Positions 9,090 to 19,161 of a DNA stretch of 64,000 bases are shown in pieces; the first letter of the stretch is position 1; each line of letters starts with the position of its first letter. Made by a program: the position numbers and the translations under genes. The notes beneath the pieces were generated by a model. It did not search any database. It was not told the origin of the DNA and saw only the letters and a list, made by a program, of their open reading frames with translations. Source of the DNA: Acidobacteriota bacterium. GTDB taxonomy: Bacteria; Acidobacteriota; UBA6911; RPQK01; JAJDTT01. The stretch spans positions 4,352,001-4,416,000 of the forward strand of contig OZ242374.1 of the NCBI GenBank assembly GCA_965209055.1. The letters are read 5' to 3'.

Positions 9090-9416
9090 ATGAAATTGAT
9101 CATGGCGATCGTACGCCCCAGCAAGGTGGAAGAGGTCAAGGATGCGCTGGGCAAGCTGAACGTTTCAGGCATGACGATCTCGGAAGTTCGCGGTCACGGA
9201 CGCCAGAAAGGACATACGGCGATCTACCGCGGCAAAGAATACAGTGTCACCCTCCTGCCCAAGATGAAAATGGAGATCGTCCTGGCGGACGATCTGGTGG
9301 AAGAAACCATCGAAACCATCATGGAAACGGCTCGCACGGGCGAAATCGGCGACGGCCGCGTCTTCGTGCTTCCCGTGGAAAGCCAGTACAACATCCGCAC
9401 CGGCGAGAACGACTGA
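9090..9416 (+). CDS. glnB: Nitrogen regulatory protein PII (GlnB/GlnK)
   Basis: GHGRQKGHTAIYRGKEY T-loop with Tyr51, ARTGEIGDGRVFV, NIRTGE. Confidence 0.95.
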   Translation: MKLIMAIVRPSKVEEVKDALGKLNVSGMTISEVRGHGRQKGHTAIYRGKEYSVTLLPKMKMEIVLADDLVEETIETIMETARTGEIGDGRVFVLPVESQYNIRTGEND

Positions 9417-9516
9417 TCCGCCTCTCACCGGCCCACCGAACCGGGTTCCCCACCACGGCGACGTGAGGGGCTCAACCTTCTGATCAGAGGCCTGCAGGCG
9501 GCTTGGACCTCTTTCA

Positions 9517-12500
9517 TCAACCGGCTTCGGCCGGCTGGCGGAGATAGGTCAGCAGCAGGTCCTTGGTATTCACCCGATCTCCCGCCTCCACCAGCAGGTC
9601 GTCGACCTCCGCTTCCCGGTCGGCATAGAGCGTGAGCTCCATCTTCATGGCCTGAAGCGTCAACAGCTTTTCTCCCTGCGCGACTTTCGCTCCGGTTCCC
9701 ACCGAGACGGAAATGACCATTCCGGGCATGGGCGCGCCGACGTGAAGCGGATTGCCCGGGTCTGCCTTGGCCCGTTTCGACACCTGGGGAATCACGGACT
9801 GATTGGGAATCTGCACCTCCCTCGGCACGCCGTTGAGTTCGAAAAAGACGGTGCAGTTTCCCTGGGTGTCCGGCTCCCCCACAGCCATCAGCTTGACAAT
9901 CAGCGTCTTGCCGGCCTCCAGCTCCACCAAGACCTCGGTTTCCCTCTCCATCCCGTAAAAAAATACGGGTGTAGGGAGCACCGAAACATCTCCGTACCGG
10001 GTTTGGTGACGAATGAACTCCTGAAACACCTGCGGGTACAGGATGTAGGAAATCGTGTCCCGCTCACTGAACTTGCGGCGAAGCCGCCCCTCGAGGTCCT
10101 CCTGCACGGCTTCCAGGTCGGCAGGAGGCAGCGACTCGCCCGGCCGGCCCCGGACGGGGCGCAGATCCCCCAGAATTCGATCTCTCAACCGGACGGGGAA
10201 ACCCCCTTTCGGCGTCCCCAGCCGGCCCTGGAAGAAATCGATCACCGACTCGGGAAAATCGATCTTCTTGGAGGGGTCGGTCAAGTCCTCGGGGGAGAGA
10301 TCATTGGTCAACATGAAGAGGGCAAGATCGCCGACCACCTTGGACGATGGGGTGACCTTGACGATATCCCCGAACAGTTCGTTCACCCGGGCGTAGGTTC
10401 GCCAGACCTCCGGCCAGTTCTCCTCCAGGCCCAAGGCCGCCGCCTGCTGATACAGGTTGGTGTATTGCCCGCCCGGCATCTCATGCTTGTAGACATCCGC
10501 CGTACCCGTCCGCAGCGTCGACTCGAAGGCGCAGTAATATTGCCGCACGACCTCCCAGTAATGAGCCGTTTCCTCGAGGCTCGCAGTGTCGAGACCGGGG
10601 TCCCGGGGAGCAAACCGCAACATTTCCGCCAGCGTGTTGAGACTGGGCTGAGAGGTGAGCCCGGCCAAGGGAGCCATGGCGGCATCCACGATGTCGGCGC
10701 CCGCCTCCACGGCCTTCAGGAGCGCTCCCATCTGGCCGCCGCTCGTATCGTGGGTATGAAAATGGATCGGTATGCCCACTTCGTTCTTCAGCGCCCGAAT
10801 CAACCGGTAGGCGGCGTAGGGCTTGCACAGTCCGGCCATGTCCTTGATGGCCAGTATATGGGCGCCCATGCGCTCCAACTCCCGGGCCAACTCCAGGTAG
10901 TAGTCCAGGGAGTACTTGCTCCGATCCGGATCCAGGATGTCGCCGGTGTAGCAGATGGCGGCCTCGGCCACGCCTCCACTCCGGACCACCGCGTCGATGG
11001 CGACCTGCATGTTGCGGGAATCGTTGAGTGAATCGAAGATTCGAAAGATGTCGATGCCCGACTCGGCGGCGTGCCGCACGAACTCCCGGACCACGTTGTC
11101 GGGATAGCTCGTGTAGCCCACGGCGGCCGAGGCTCGCAGCAACATCTGAAAGGGAATGTTGGGGATAGCCTGGCGCAGGCGGTCCAGGCGGTCCCAGGGG
11201 GACTCCCGCAAGAAACGCATGGCCGTGTCGAACGTGGCTCCGCCCCAGAGCTCGAGTGAGAAGAAGTCGCTGTGACAATGAGCGTAGACGTCCGCGATCC
11301 GGCTCATGTCATAGGTTCTCATTCGAGTGGCCAAGAGGGACTGGTGCGCATCCCGGAGGGTGGTGTCCGTAATGAGCACCTCGGAACGACCTCGAACCCA
11401 ATCGGCGAATTTCCGGGGTCCGTCCCTGACCAGCCGAAAACGATGGCCCTCGGGAATCTCTCCACCGGTCGGGCGCCAGGGAACCGGCGCCGGCCTGCGG
11501 TTGACCTTGCCGTGAAACTCCTTGACCACGAGAGTTTCATTCACCACCTGATTTCCCAGAAAGCGAAGCAGGCGGGTCGCCCGGTCCCGGCGAGCCGGGA
11601 AACGGAAGAGGTCCGGATTCTCGTCGATGAAACGAGTCGTGCAATTGCCGTTCCGAAACTCGGGATGGTCCACCAGGTTGATCAGAAAGGGGATGTTCGT
11701 CTTCACGCCGCGGATTCGGAATTCCTGCAGGCAACGCTCCATCCGGCGGACCGTTTCGGGGAACCGAAGGCCCCAGGCGGTGACCTTCACCAGGAGGGAA
11801 TCGTAGAAGGGGGTGACCGTGGCCCCGGAAAAGGCGGTCCCCGCATCCAGCCGGATTCCCGCCCCGGACGCCGACCGATAGTGGAGAATGCGTCCGTAGT
11901 CGGGGATGAACGAGTTCTCCGGATCCTCCGTCGTGACCCGGCACTGGCAGGCGTGGCCCCGGACCTGCACATCGGATTGACTGGCCAGTCCGATCTCGGG
12001 ATGTTCCAGCGCAAGCCCCTCGGCGATCAGAATCTGATGGTGCACCAGGTCGACGCCGGTCACCTCTTCCGTCACCGTGTGCTCGACCTGGATCCTGGGG
12101 TTGATTTCGATGAAATAGAACTGGTCCGTATCCTGGTCCACCAGGAACTCAACCGTTCCCGCGTTGTCATACCCGATGGCCCGGCCCAGAACCACCGCGG
12201 CGTCGCAGATCTCCCGTCTCAGGTCCGGCGCCAGATTGAGGGCGGGGGCCATCTCCACCAACTTCTGATGACGCCGCTGCAGGGAACAATCCCGCTCGTA
12301 GAGATGGACGAGATTGCCATGCCGGTCGCCCAGAATCTGCACTTCCAGATGCCGGGCCCGGGACACGAATCGCTCCAGAAAGATTTCTTCACGGCCGAAC
12401 GCGGACAGCGATTCACGCTGCGCCTCTTGAAACTGCGCTTCCAGATCCGCCTCCCGGGTCACGACACGCATGCCGCGCCCGCCGCCGCCGTGTGCCGCCT

Positions 12501-12993
12501 TGAGGATCACAGGAAAACCCATGGCGGAAGCCAGGCTCCTGGCCTCCTCCAGATCCGAGAGGGGCTCGTCGCTGCCCTGTAGTATGGGAACCCCCAATCG
12601 GGCCGCCAGCGCTCGAGCCGCCGTCTTGTCGCCCAACTGCTCCAGAATCTCGGGCCGGGGACCGACGAACAGAATCCCGGCATCCGCACAGGCCCGGGCG
12701 AACACCGGGTTCTCGGAGAGGAATCCGTAGCCGGGATGAATCGCGTCGACCCGCTTCTCCACGGCCAGCGCGATCACGTTCTTGACGTTGAGATAGGCCT
12801 GGATGGGATCCATCCCGGAGCCGATCAGGTAGGCTTCTTCCGCCTTGTACCGGTGCAGAGAAAACCGATCTTCTTCCGAATAGAGAGCAACCGTCCGGAT
12901 GCCCAATTCGTGTGCCGATCGAAAAACGCGAATCGCAATCTCACTGCGATTGGCGGCCAGCAGGCGTTTGATTCGTGACTGACGTAAGGACAT
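9517..12993 (-). CDS. pyc: Pyruvate carboxylase
   Basis: ANRSEIAIR and IHPGYGFLSEN biotin carboxylase, TDTTLRDAHQSL carboxyltransferase, HFHTHDT, C-terminal AMKM biotin attachment motif; 1158 aa. Confidence 0.97.
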   Translation of the reverse strand: MSLRQSRIKRLLAANRSEIAIRVFRSAHELGIRTVALYSEEDRFSLHRYKAEEAYLIGSGMDPIQAYLNVKNVIALAVEKRVDAIHPGYGFLSENPVFARACADAGILFVGPRPEILEQLGDKTAARALAARLGVPILQGSDEPLSDLEEARSLASAMGFPVILKAAHGGGGRGMRVVTREADLEAQFQEAQRESLSAFGREEIFLERFVSRARHLEVQILGDRHGNLVHLYERDCSLQRRHQKLVEMAPALNLAPDLRREICDAAVVLGRAIGYDNAGTVEFLVDQDTDQFYFIEINPRIQVEHTVTEEVTGVDLVHHQILIAEGLALEHPEIGLASQSDVQVRGHACQCRVTTEDPENSFIPDYGRILHYRSASGAGIRLDAGTAFSGATVTPFYDSLLVKVTAWGLRFPETVRRMERCLQEFRIRGVKTNIPFLINLVDHPEFRNGNCTTRFIDENPDLFRFPARRDRATRLLRFLGNQVVNETLVVKEFHGKVNRRPAPVPWRPTGGEIPEGHRFRLVRDGPRKFADWVRGRSEVLITDTTLRDAHQSLLATRMRTYDMSRIADVYAHCHSDFFSLELWGGATFDTAMRFLRESPWDRLDRLRQAIPNIPFQMLLRASAAVGYTSYPDNVVREFVRHAAESGIDIFRIFDSLNDSRNMQVAIDAVVRSGGVAEAAICYTGDILDPDRSKYSLDYYLELARELERMGAHILAIKDMAGLCKPYAAYRLIRALKNEVGIPIHFHTHDTSGGQMGALLKAVEAGADIVDAAMAPLAGLTSQPSLNTLAEMLRFAPRDPGLDTASLEETAHYWEVVRQYYCAFESTLRTGTADVYKHEMPGGQYTNLYQQAAALGLEENWPEVWRTYARVNELFGDIVKVTPSSKVVGDLALFMLTNDLSPEDLTDPSKKIDFPESVIDFFQGRLGTPKGGFPVRLRDRILGDLRPVRGRPGESLPPADLEAVQEDLEGRLRRKFSERDTISYILYPQVFQEFIRHQTRYGDVSVLPTPVFFYGMERETEVLVELEAGKTLIVKLMAVGEPDTQGNCTVFFELNGVPREVQIPNQSVIPQVSKRAKADPGNPLHVGAPMPGMVISVSVGTGAKVAQGEKLLTLQAMKMELTLYADREAEVDDLLVEAGDRVNTKDLLLTYLRQPAEAG

Positions 12994-12996
12994 GAG

Positions 12997-15957
12997 CTAG
13001 CTGGAAAAGAACTTCCGGTAGATTTGCCGGATCGCGGTGGTTTCGAACCGATAACGCTCCAAGAGCGAGTCCCCCGAGTCCAAACCCATGAGCCTGGCGG
13101 TGACCGCACACCGGGCCGGATCGCGGGGTAGTCTGGTCGCCGGACTTTCAGCCAACAGTCGCTGCAGAGCCTCAAGGTGGAAGAGGAATCCCGCGCCCCG
13201 GCTCAGGACTCGTCCCTCGTCAGCACCGAGATGACCCGCCTCGACGAGCCTGGAGATGCCGAACCGAGTCCCTCTTCCCTCGATCCCGTGTTGCAGCTGC
13301 AGATACTTTACCACGAACTGGATGTCCATCAGCCCCCCGCGGCCGACCTTGAAATCGTAGTCGACTCCATCTTTTTCCTTTCCCACCTCCCGCTCTTTGC
13401 GCCGGCGGACGTGGTCCAGATCCTGCACCTGATCCGGCGTGAACGGCCGGCCGTGCCAGATCAGGCACCTTGCGTCCAAGGGTTCTCCATGGCTGTAGAC
13501 CGGACGAAGACTGGCGTAAGCCATTCGTTCCCAGGGGTCGGCCCGGGTCGCGAAGTAGCGTTCAAGCGCCGGGAAGGGAATTGCCAATGCCCCGTGGCGG
13601 CCTTCGGGGCGCAATCGGAAATCCACCAGGTAGGCACGCCCCTGACCGGTGTAGTCCTCCATCTCCCGAATCAGTCTCCGGACCAGGCGTATGAAGAGGC
13701 TGGACAGATCCTGGTCCGGACGGAGGCCGTAAACCAGCAACAGATCCAGATCGGAGTGATACGTCATCTGCTGCTCTCCCAGCTTTCCCAGACCCAGGAG
13801 GCAGAAGGACTCGTCCCGGAGGGCGGGGAAGTCCTCGAGAATCTCCCCGATGACGTGACGGAGGCAGGTATCGGCCAAGTGGCTGAGGCGGAGCCTGGTC
13901 CCGGCGGTCCCCGGTTCCAACAGATCGTGCAGCGCCACCTTGAACTCCTCCCGGCGCTTGAAGATCCGCAACGCGTCCCCCCGGCTTTTGGCCCCTTTCG
14001 CCAGTTGCTCCAGCGATTGCCGCATGCCGGGCGCATCGTCCTCCAACGGTGGAACCCGGGAGACCGAATCCAGCAACTCCGGGTTGTGGATCAGGGTCTC
14101 GGACAAGAACTCGCTGGTCGCCAATACGGTCAGAAGGGTCTTCCGGAAAACCCGGTTCTCAATGAGTTCGGAATACAGATCGGCACGAGCATGGAGCGAC
14201 TCGCTGAAGCGGTCCAGCCGTGTGAACAGGTGGGAGGCTTTCGAGGCCAGGCCGAGGTAGTCGATCAGGTGAGGCACCAGGTTGGCCAGCAGATTCCGCA
14301 TCCGGCTGGGCGAATGAGGAAAAGAGGGGGCCTTCTCCAGAACGGCGATGCCCTCCAGGACTTCCCCGTCGCGGATCCCGTTGGCTCGGAGAATCTCCAA
14401 CGCCTCCTCGCGGCTCATATCCGGATTGAGCACCAGCCGTTCCAGACCCCGCTGAGTCGGATCCTGCCCGAACAACGACTCGAAGATTCGCTGGACCTGG
14501 TCCTTCCTTCGCTCCAACTCTTCCTGGAACGCATCGGTCTCGGGCTCGGCCGCCGGACCGCCCGGTACGGCGCCGAATCCCAAGCGCCGGGCCAGGCGCA
14601 ACAACTTGCCCGGATCCCGGGGAAGACGGTGGGTCTGCAGGTCATGGACGAGTTGCAGCTTGTGCTCGACGTCGCGCAAAAACAGGTAGCTGCCGCGCAG
14701 CCTCCGATGGTCGCCGGCGGAGATGAGTCCGCCGTCCACCAAGCGGTCCAGGGCGTCCAGGGTGTTGGGGGTTCTGATCTCCGGCCGGGACCCGCCGTAG
14801 AGAAGTTGGAAGGCCTGGGCGAAGAACTCGATTTCCCGAATCCCGCCCCGGCCCAACTTGACGTCCCAACTCTCGCTCCCCGCCTGCTCCGTCTGCCGCT
14901 CCGCCCGCCGCTTGAGCCACCGCACCTCCTCGATGGCGGCGAAATCCAGATATCGTTTGTAGACGAATTCTTCCTGAACGATTCCCACCAGTTGGGCGCC
15001 CAGGCCGGCGCTTCCCGCCACCTGCCTGCACTTGATCAGCGCCAAGCGGTCGGGTGTGTCCCCCCAGGTCTGGTAGTAGGAGCGGTAGGCGTCCAGCGAA
15101 TACACGATCTCCCCGGATCTGCCCATGGGCCGCAACCGGAGGTCGACCCGGTAGAGCCTGCCCTCCGTCGTAATGGCGGACAAGGCCCGGGTCAAATCAC
15201 GGGCGAAGCGGGCCGTGCGTCCAAAATCGGTCCCGTCGCCACGGACGTACAGGAGATCGACGTCGGAGCTGAAATTCAACTCTTCTCCGCCCAGCTTCCC
15301 CAGGGCCAGAACCGAAAAATCGGATTTCGAGTCCAGCCCCGCCGGCGCCAGAAGGTCGAAGGTCCGCTGGAGCACGGCGTCGGCGAGATGGGACACTTGA
15401 CGGGCCGTCTCGTCCGGCGTGCAGAAACCCAGAATATCTTGTGCCGCGATGCGGAGAGTCTCCCGCCGGCGAAGCCGCCGCAGGTTTTCGAGCGCCGTCT
15501 CCGGACTCTCCGGCGGACCCGCCGCCCGGGCCTGTGCAAGGAAGCCGTCTCTGCCTGGGATCGATGCGAGCCGGTTCTCTTCCAGGAGCCAATCGACGTA
15601 TTCGGGACTCCGCAGCAGGAGTTGGGCCAGGTAGGCCGAGGCCCCCAAAACCCCGGACAAGGTTCTCAGCGCACGCGGCCGTTGACTCAGCAGGTCAAGA
15701 AATGCGCCGGGACTGGACGCCGATTCGATCAGCGTTGCCAAGTGGAGGATGGCGGCGTCCGGGTCCGCGGCCCGCAGCGCCTCCCGAAACAGATTTTCGG
15801 CGAATTCGGGCAATTCGGGGCGATGGCGGCACAGACCGCGGATCACCCGAAGACTCTGAGCCACTCTGGAGGGCTTTCGAAAGCCGGACCGGGCCAGAAT
15901 CCGGCTGGCCTCCTCGTCGGACAAGCGGGAGGACAGGAACAATTCCCGGGCGCGCAT
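12997..15957 (-). CDS. glnE: Glutamine synthetase adenylyltransferase/adenylyl-removing enzyme
   Basis: Two NT domains (LGKLGGEELNFSSDVDL...VDLRLRPMG; LGKLGEQQMTYHSDLDL...VDFRLRPEG), KLGRGGIREIEF; downstream of glnA. Start could be 15984. Confidence 0.93.
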   Translation of the reverse strand: MRARELFLSSRLSDEEASRILARSGFRKPSRVAQSLRVIRGLCRHRPELPEFAENLFREALRAADPDAAILHLATLIESASSPGAFLDLLSQRPRALRTLSGVLGASAYLAQLLLRSPEYVDWLLEENRLASIPGRDGFLAQARAAGPPESPETALENLRRLRRRETLRIAAQDILGFCTPDETARQVSHLADAVLQRTFDLLAPAGLDSKSDFSVLALGKLGGEELNFSSDVDLLYVRGDGTDFGRTARFARDLTRALSAITTEGRLYRVDLRLRPMGRSGEIVYSLDAYRSYYQTWGDTPDRLALIKCRQVAGSAGLGAQLVGIVQEEFVYKRYLDFAAIEEVRWLKRRAERQTEQAGSESWDVKLGRGGIREIEFFAQAFQLLYGGSRPEIRTPNTLDALDRLVDGGLISAGDHRRLRGSYLFLRDVEHKLQLVHDLQTHRLPRDPGKLLRLARRLGFGAVPGGPAAEPETDAFQEELERRKDQVQRIFESLFGQDPTQRGLERLVLNPDMSREEALEILRANGIRDGEVLEGIAVLEKAPSFPHSPSRMRNLLANLVPHLIDYLGLASKASHLFTRLDRFSESLHARADLYSELIENRVFRKTLLTVLATSEFLSETLIHNPELLDSVSRVPPLEDDAPGMRQSLEQLAKGAKSRGDALRIFKRREEFKVALHDLLEPGTAGTRLRLSHLADTCLRHVIGEILEDFPALRDESFCLLGLGKLGEQQMTYHSDLDLLLVYGLRPDQDLSSLFIRLVRRLIREMEDYTGQGRAYLVDFRLRPEGRHGALAIPFPALERYFATRADPWERMAYASLRPVYSHGEPLDARCLIWHGRPFTPDQVQDLDHVRRRKEREVGKEKDGVDYDFKVGRGGLMDIQFVVKYLQLQHGIEGRGTRFGISRLVEAGHLGADEGRVLSRGAGFLFHLEALQRLLAESPATRLPRDPARCAVTARLMGLDSGDSLLERYRFETTAIRQIYRKFFSS

Positions 15958-16072
15958 TTCAGGCGATCCAGCAGCCCGCGGCAAAAGCGGTCAAGAAAGT
16001 CGGCCGGTTCGGGCACTACGGGAGACTCTCACCATGGACTCCCGCCGTGGACCGGGAAACTCGATTCGGGTA

Positions 16073-16108
16073 TGGACGGGGCGTTCGGATTGTCGAACGC
16101 CCCGTCCA
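16073..16108 (-). terminator. Perfect 15-bp stem-loop between glnA and glnE (terminator or mRNA-stabilising hairpin)
   Basis: TGGACGGGGCGTTCG-GATTGT-CGAACGCCCCGTCCA, 37 bp after the glnA stop; no U-tract. Confidence 0.55.
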
Positions 16109-16145
16109 CGGGAAGGCCGCCTATTGAGCCGCAGGGCGGGGAAGA

Positions 16146-17561
16146 TCAAATGTCGAAGTAGAGAGCGAACTCGTAGGGATGCGGTCTCAGGCGCATGGCG
16201 TCGACTTCACGCTCCCGCTTGTAGTTCAACCAGGTCTCGATCACATCCGGAGTGAAGACGTCTCCCTTGAGCAGAAAGTCATGGTCGCCCTCCAAGGCGT
16301 CCAAGGCCTGATCCAGACTCCCCGGAACCGACTCCACGTCGGCCATCTCCTCCGGAGGGAGGTCGTAGAGGTCCTTGTCCATGGGATCGGGCGGCATGAT
16401 CTTGTTCTGAATCCCGTCCAGACCGGCCATGAGCATGGCCGCGAATGCCAGGTAGCCGTTGGCCGAAGGATCGGGAGGACGGAACTCGACCCGCTTGGCC
16501 TTCTCGCTGCTGGAGTAGGTGGGGATTCGGACGCAGGCGCTGCGGTTGCGCATCGAATAGATGAGATTGACCGGCGCTTCGTAGCCGGGGACCAGCCGCC
16601 GGTAGGAATTGGTGGTGGGAGCACCGAAGGCCAGAACGGCGGCGGCGTGCTTGAGGAGTCCGCCGATGTAGTAGACGGCCTCCTGACTCAGATCGGCATA
16701 GGTCCCGGGGCCATAGAAGACGTTCCGGCCATTCTTCCAGAGGCTCTGATGGACGTGCATCCCGGAGCCGTTGTCCATGAATATGGGCTTGGGCATCAGG
16801 GTGACCGTCTTGTCGTAACGGCGCGCCACGTTCTTAATAATATACTTGAACTTCAGCATCTTATCTCCCATGTTTACCAGGGAATCAAAGCGCATGTCGA
16901 TCTCGCATTGGCCGGCCGTCGCCACTTCGTGATGGTGGACCTCCACCTGGATGCCGGCATCCTGGAGGGCAAGCATCATCTCCGTCCTCATGTCCTGCAG
17001 CGTATCCATGGGAGGAACCGGAAAGTAGCCTTCCTTGTATCGAGGCTTGTATCCCAGGTTGGGGTTTTCCTCCCGCCCGCTGTTCCAGAAACCCTCCACC
17101 GAATCGACGTAGTAGTAGCCGTGATTGTACGACTGGTCGAACCGGACATCGTCCAGCACGAAGAACTCCGGCTCGGGTCCGAAATAGGCGGTGTCGCCGA
17201 TACCGGTCGACACCAGGTATTTCTCGGCTTTCTGAGTGATGTAGCGGGGGTCCCGGCTGTAAGGCTCCTGGGTGATGGGATCGGCGATGTTGCAGATCAG
17301 GATCAGGGTCCTGACCTTGGAGAAGGGGTCCTCGAAGCAGGTGCTCGGATCGGGGATCAGGATCATGTCGCTTTCCTGAATCTGCTGAAAGCCCCGAATG
17401 CTCGACCCGTCGAAACCGAACCCTTCCACGAAACTGTCCTCGTCCAGATCGCCGGCGCTGATGGTAAAGTGCTGCCACAGTCCCGGAAGGTCGCAGAACC
17501 GCAGATCCACGGCCTGAATCTGCTGATCTCGAATCAGATTAATCACTTCTCTGGCATCCAT
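16146..17561 (-). CDS. glnA: Glutamine synthetase type I
   Basis: [48 protein letters not shown], adenylylation-site motif [10 protein letters not shown]; AGGAGG RBS before ATG 17561. Confidence 0.97.
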   Translation of the reverse strand: MDAREVINLIRDQQIQAVDLRFCDLPGLWQHFTISAGDLDEDSFVEGFGFDGSSIRGFQQIQESDMILIPDPSTCFEDPFSKVRTLILICNIADPITQEPYSRDPRYITQKAEKYLVSTGIGDTAYFGPEPEFFVLDDVRFDQSYNHGYYYVDSVEGFWNSGREENPNLGYKPRYKEGYFPVPPMDTLQDMRTEMMLALQDAGIQVEVHHHEVATAGQCEIDMRFDSLVNMGDKMLKFKYIIKNVARRYDKTVTLMPKPIFMDNGSGMHVHQSLWKNGRNVFYGPGTYADLSQEAVYYIGGLLKHAAAVLAFGAPTTNSYRRLVPGYEAPVNLIYSMRNRSACVRIPTYSSSEKAKRVEFRPPDPSANGYLAFAAMLMAGLDGIQNKIMPPDPMDKDLYDLPPEEMADVESVPGSLDQALDALEGDHDFLLKGDVFTPDVIETWLNYKREREVDAMRLRPHPYEFALYFDI

Positions 17562-17748
17562 AAGCGAGGTTCCTCCTAATGCTGGTTCTAGAATTGTTCG
17601 CGTAACAGTCCGTGGTAAAAGTGGTAAATGACCCGCTTGGGGGCATGGTACAACGGCATGCGTCCTCCCGAAAGGCCCTCGCCCGGATTTGCCGGGCAAC
17701 CACCGGTCCGGCAGCGAACGGCTGGTTCTGCCGTTCAGGACGCCGCGG

Positions 17749-18327
17749 TTACCGGCCCGGGTCCACCGGCGTCTCCATGAAGAAGTAGGAGACCAGGTGG
17801 AGAATCAGGAAATGGGCTTCCTCGATGTGCCCCATGTGGGACGAATCGACGCGGATGACGTGGCGCGCGCATTGGGAGAGTTTCCCTCCGGATCTTCCCG
17901 TAATGCCGACGGTGGCGATTCCGTTGCGGTTGGCCCAGCCGACGGCGTTGATCACGTTGGGGGAATTTCCGCTGCCGCTGAAGGCCAATAGCAGATCTCC
18001 GCTGCGGCCGTAGTTTCTGAGCTGCTCGACGAAGACCTGGTCGTAGTCGTAGTCGTTGGCCACCGCCGAGATCCAGGGAATGTTGTCGGTGAGAGAGAGG
18101 ACCCGGAACCGCGGACTCCGGCCATAGGACGCCCCCTTTCCCAGGTCGTTGGCCAGATGAGAGGCAGAGGCCGCGCTGCCACCGTTCCCGCAGACGAATA
18201 TCTGACGCCCGTTCCTCCGGGCCGATTCCAATCGGCTCGCCAGGTCCGCGACCAGATCTTCCGGAACCCCTTCCAGCACTCGCAGGGAGTTTTTCTTGTA
18301 GGCCGCGACGTAGCTCTTGATATCCAC
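17749..18327 (-). CDS. gmhA: SIS-domain phosphoheptose isomerase-like protein (GmhA family)
   Basis: [48 protein letters not shown]; start reassigned to GTG 18327. Confidence 0.8.
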   Translation of the reverse strand: MDIKSYVAAYKKNSLRVLEGVPEDLVADLASRLESARRNGRQIFVCGNGGSAASASHLANDLGKGASYGRSPRFRVLSLTDNIPWISAVANDYDYDQVFVEQLRNYGRSGDLLLAFSGSGNSPNVINAVGWANRNGIATVGITGRSGGKLSQCARHVIRVDSSHMGHIEEAHFLILHLVSYFFMETPVDPGR

Positions 18328-18516
18328 CGGAAACTCTCCCTCGTCCAGGCACCGACTATTCGATTGCACGCCAGAGCGTATCTCCCGGATCGGCTCTCCC
18401 GCAAGCTCGCGCCGGCCCGGGCGTTCCGGGCGCCGCCTGACGGGGAAGGCGGCCCGTCCTGCCCGGAACCATCCCCGGAAACCACCGCGCCAACCCCCTC
18501 CGTTCCCAATTCCAGA

Positions 18517-18544
18517 ACGTCGCATAATGAATATTATGTTAACT
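18517..18544 (+). other. dif: dif site (XerC/XerD chromosome dimer resolution site)
   Basis: ACGTCGCATAA-TGAATA-TTATGTTAACT versus E. coli dif GGTGCGCATAA-TGTATA-TTATGTTAAAT; intergenic and locally AT-rich. Confidence 0.9.
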
Positions 18545-18667
18545 ACCGGGGTTCGTGCCCAAACCGGAACGGAGATCGGGAAAGGATGTAATTCGCTTTA
18601 TTTTAGAGGTATTTAGGGAATTTTACCCAACAAGAGTCTAAACCCGGGGGGGGGCGACGCGTGGACG

Positions 18668-19153
18668 CTACATCTTGTATTTGCCCATTTCTTCCGGGTT
18701 CAGATTCTCCAGCCACTTGCGCACTTCTTCCGGATCCAGGTTTTCCTTGTCGAGAGTGATGTTGCGGCTGTTGTTGATGACGTCTTCCGTGACGAAGATG
18801 GGGGAGTCGGTGCGGAGGGCCAAGGCGATGGCGTCGCTGGGACGGCTGTCGATGGCGATGGGTTCCCCATTGAGCTTGAGATGAATCAATGCGTAGAAGG
18901 TGTTGTCCTTGAGCTCCGTGACGACGACCTTGTAGATCTCGGCATCCAGGTGCATGAGGATGTTCTTGATCAGATCGTGGGTCATGGGACGCGGCGTGTC
19001 GATCCGCTCCACCTGGAGCGCGATGGCGTTGGCCTCGAAAATCCCCACCCAGATCGGAAGCAGCGTGTTCCTCTTTACGTCCTGGAGAATGATGATCGGA
19101 GAATTGGTGATGGGATCCATCATCAGCCCGCGAATCTTGAATTCTCGCTCCAT
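18668..19153 (-). CDS. Bifunctional nuclease family protein (DUF151)
   Basis: LPIWVGIFEANAIA, RPMTHDL, IDSRPSDAIALALR. Confidence 0.92.
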   Translation of the reverse strand: MEREFKIRGLMMDPITNSPIIILQDVKRNTLLPIWVGIFEANAIALQVERIDTPRPMTHDLIKNILMHLDAEIYKVVVTELKDNTFYALIHLKLNGEPIAIDSRPSDAIALALRTDSPIFVTEDVINNSRNITLDKENLDPEEVRKWLENLNPEEMGKYKM

Positions 19154-19161
19154 GTGGACTC

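Noticed and set aside
13177-16161. 994-aa plus-strand ORF
   Set aside because: Antisense shadow of glnE, expected from high-GC codon bias; no motifs. The same applies to the long antisense ORFs over pyc, glnA, htrA, the methyltransferases and the aminotransferase.
18523-18538. CATAAT-GAAT-ATTATG palindrome as a Fur-type operator
   Set aside because: Better explained as the inner arms of the dif site.
18646-18654. G9 tract as a phase-variation switch
   Set aside because: Intergenic, just past a stop codon, not placed between clear promoter boxes, and short for a GC-rich genome.
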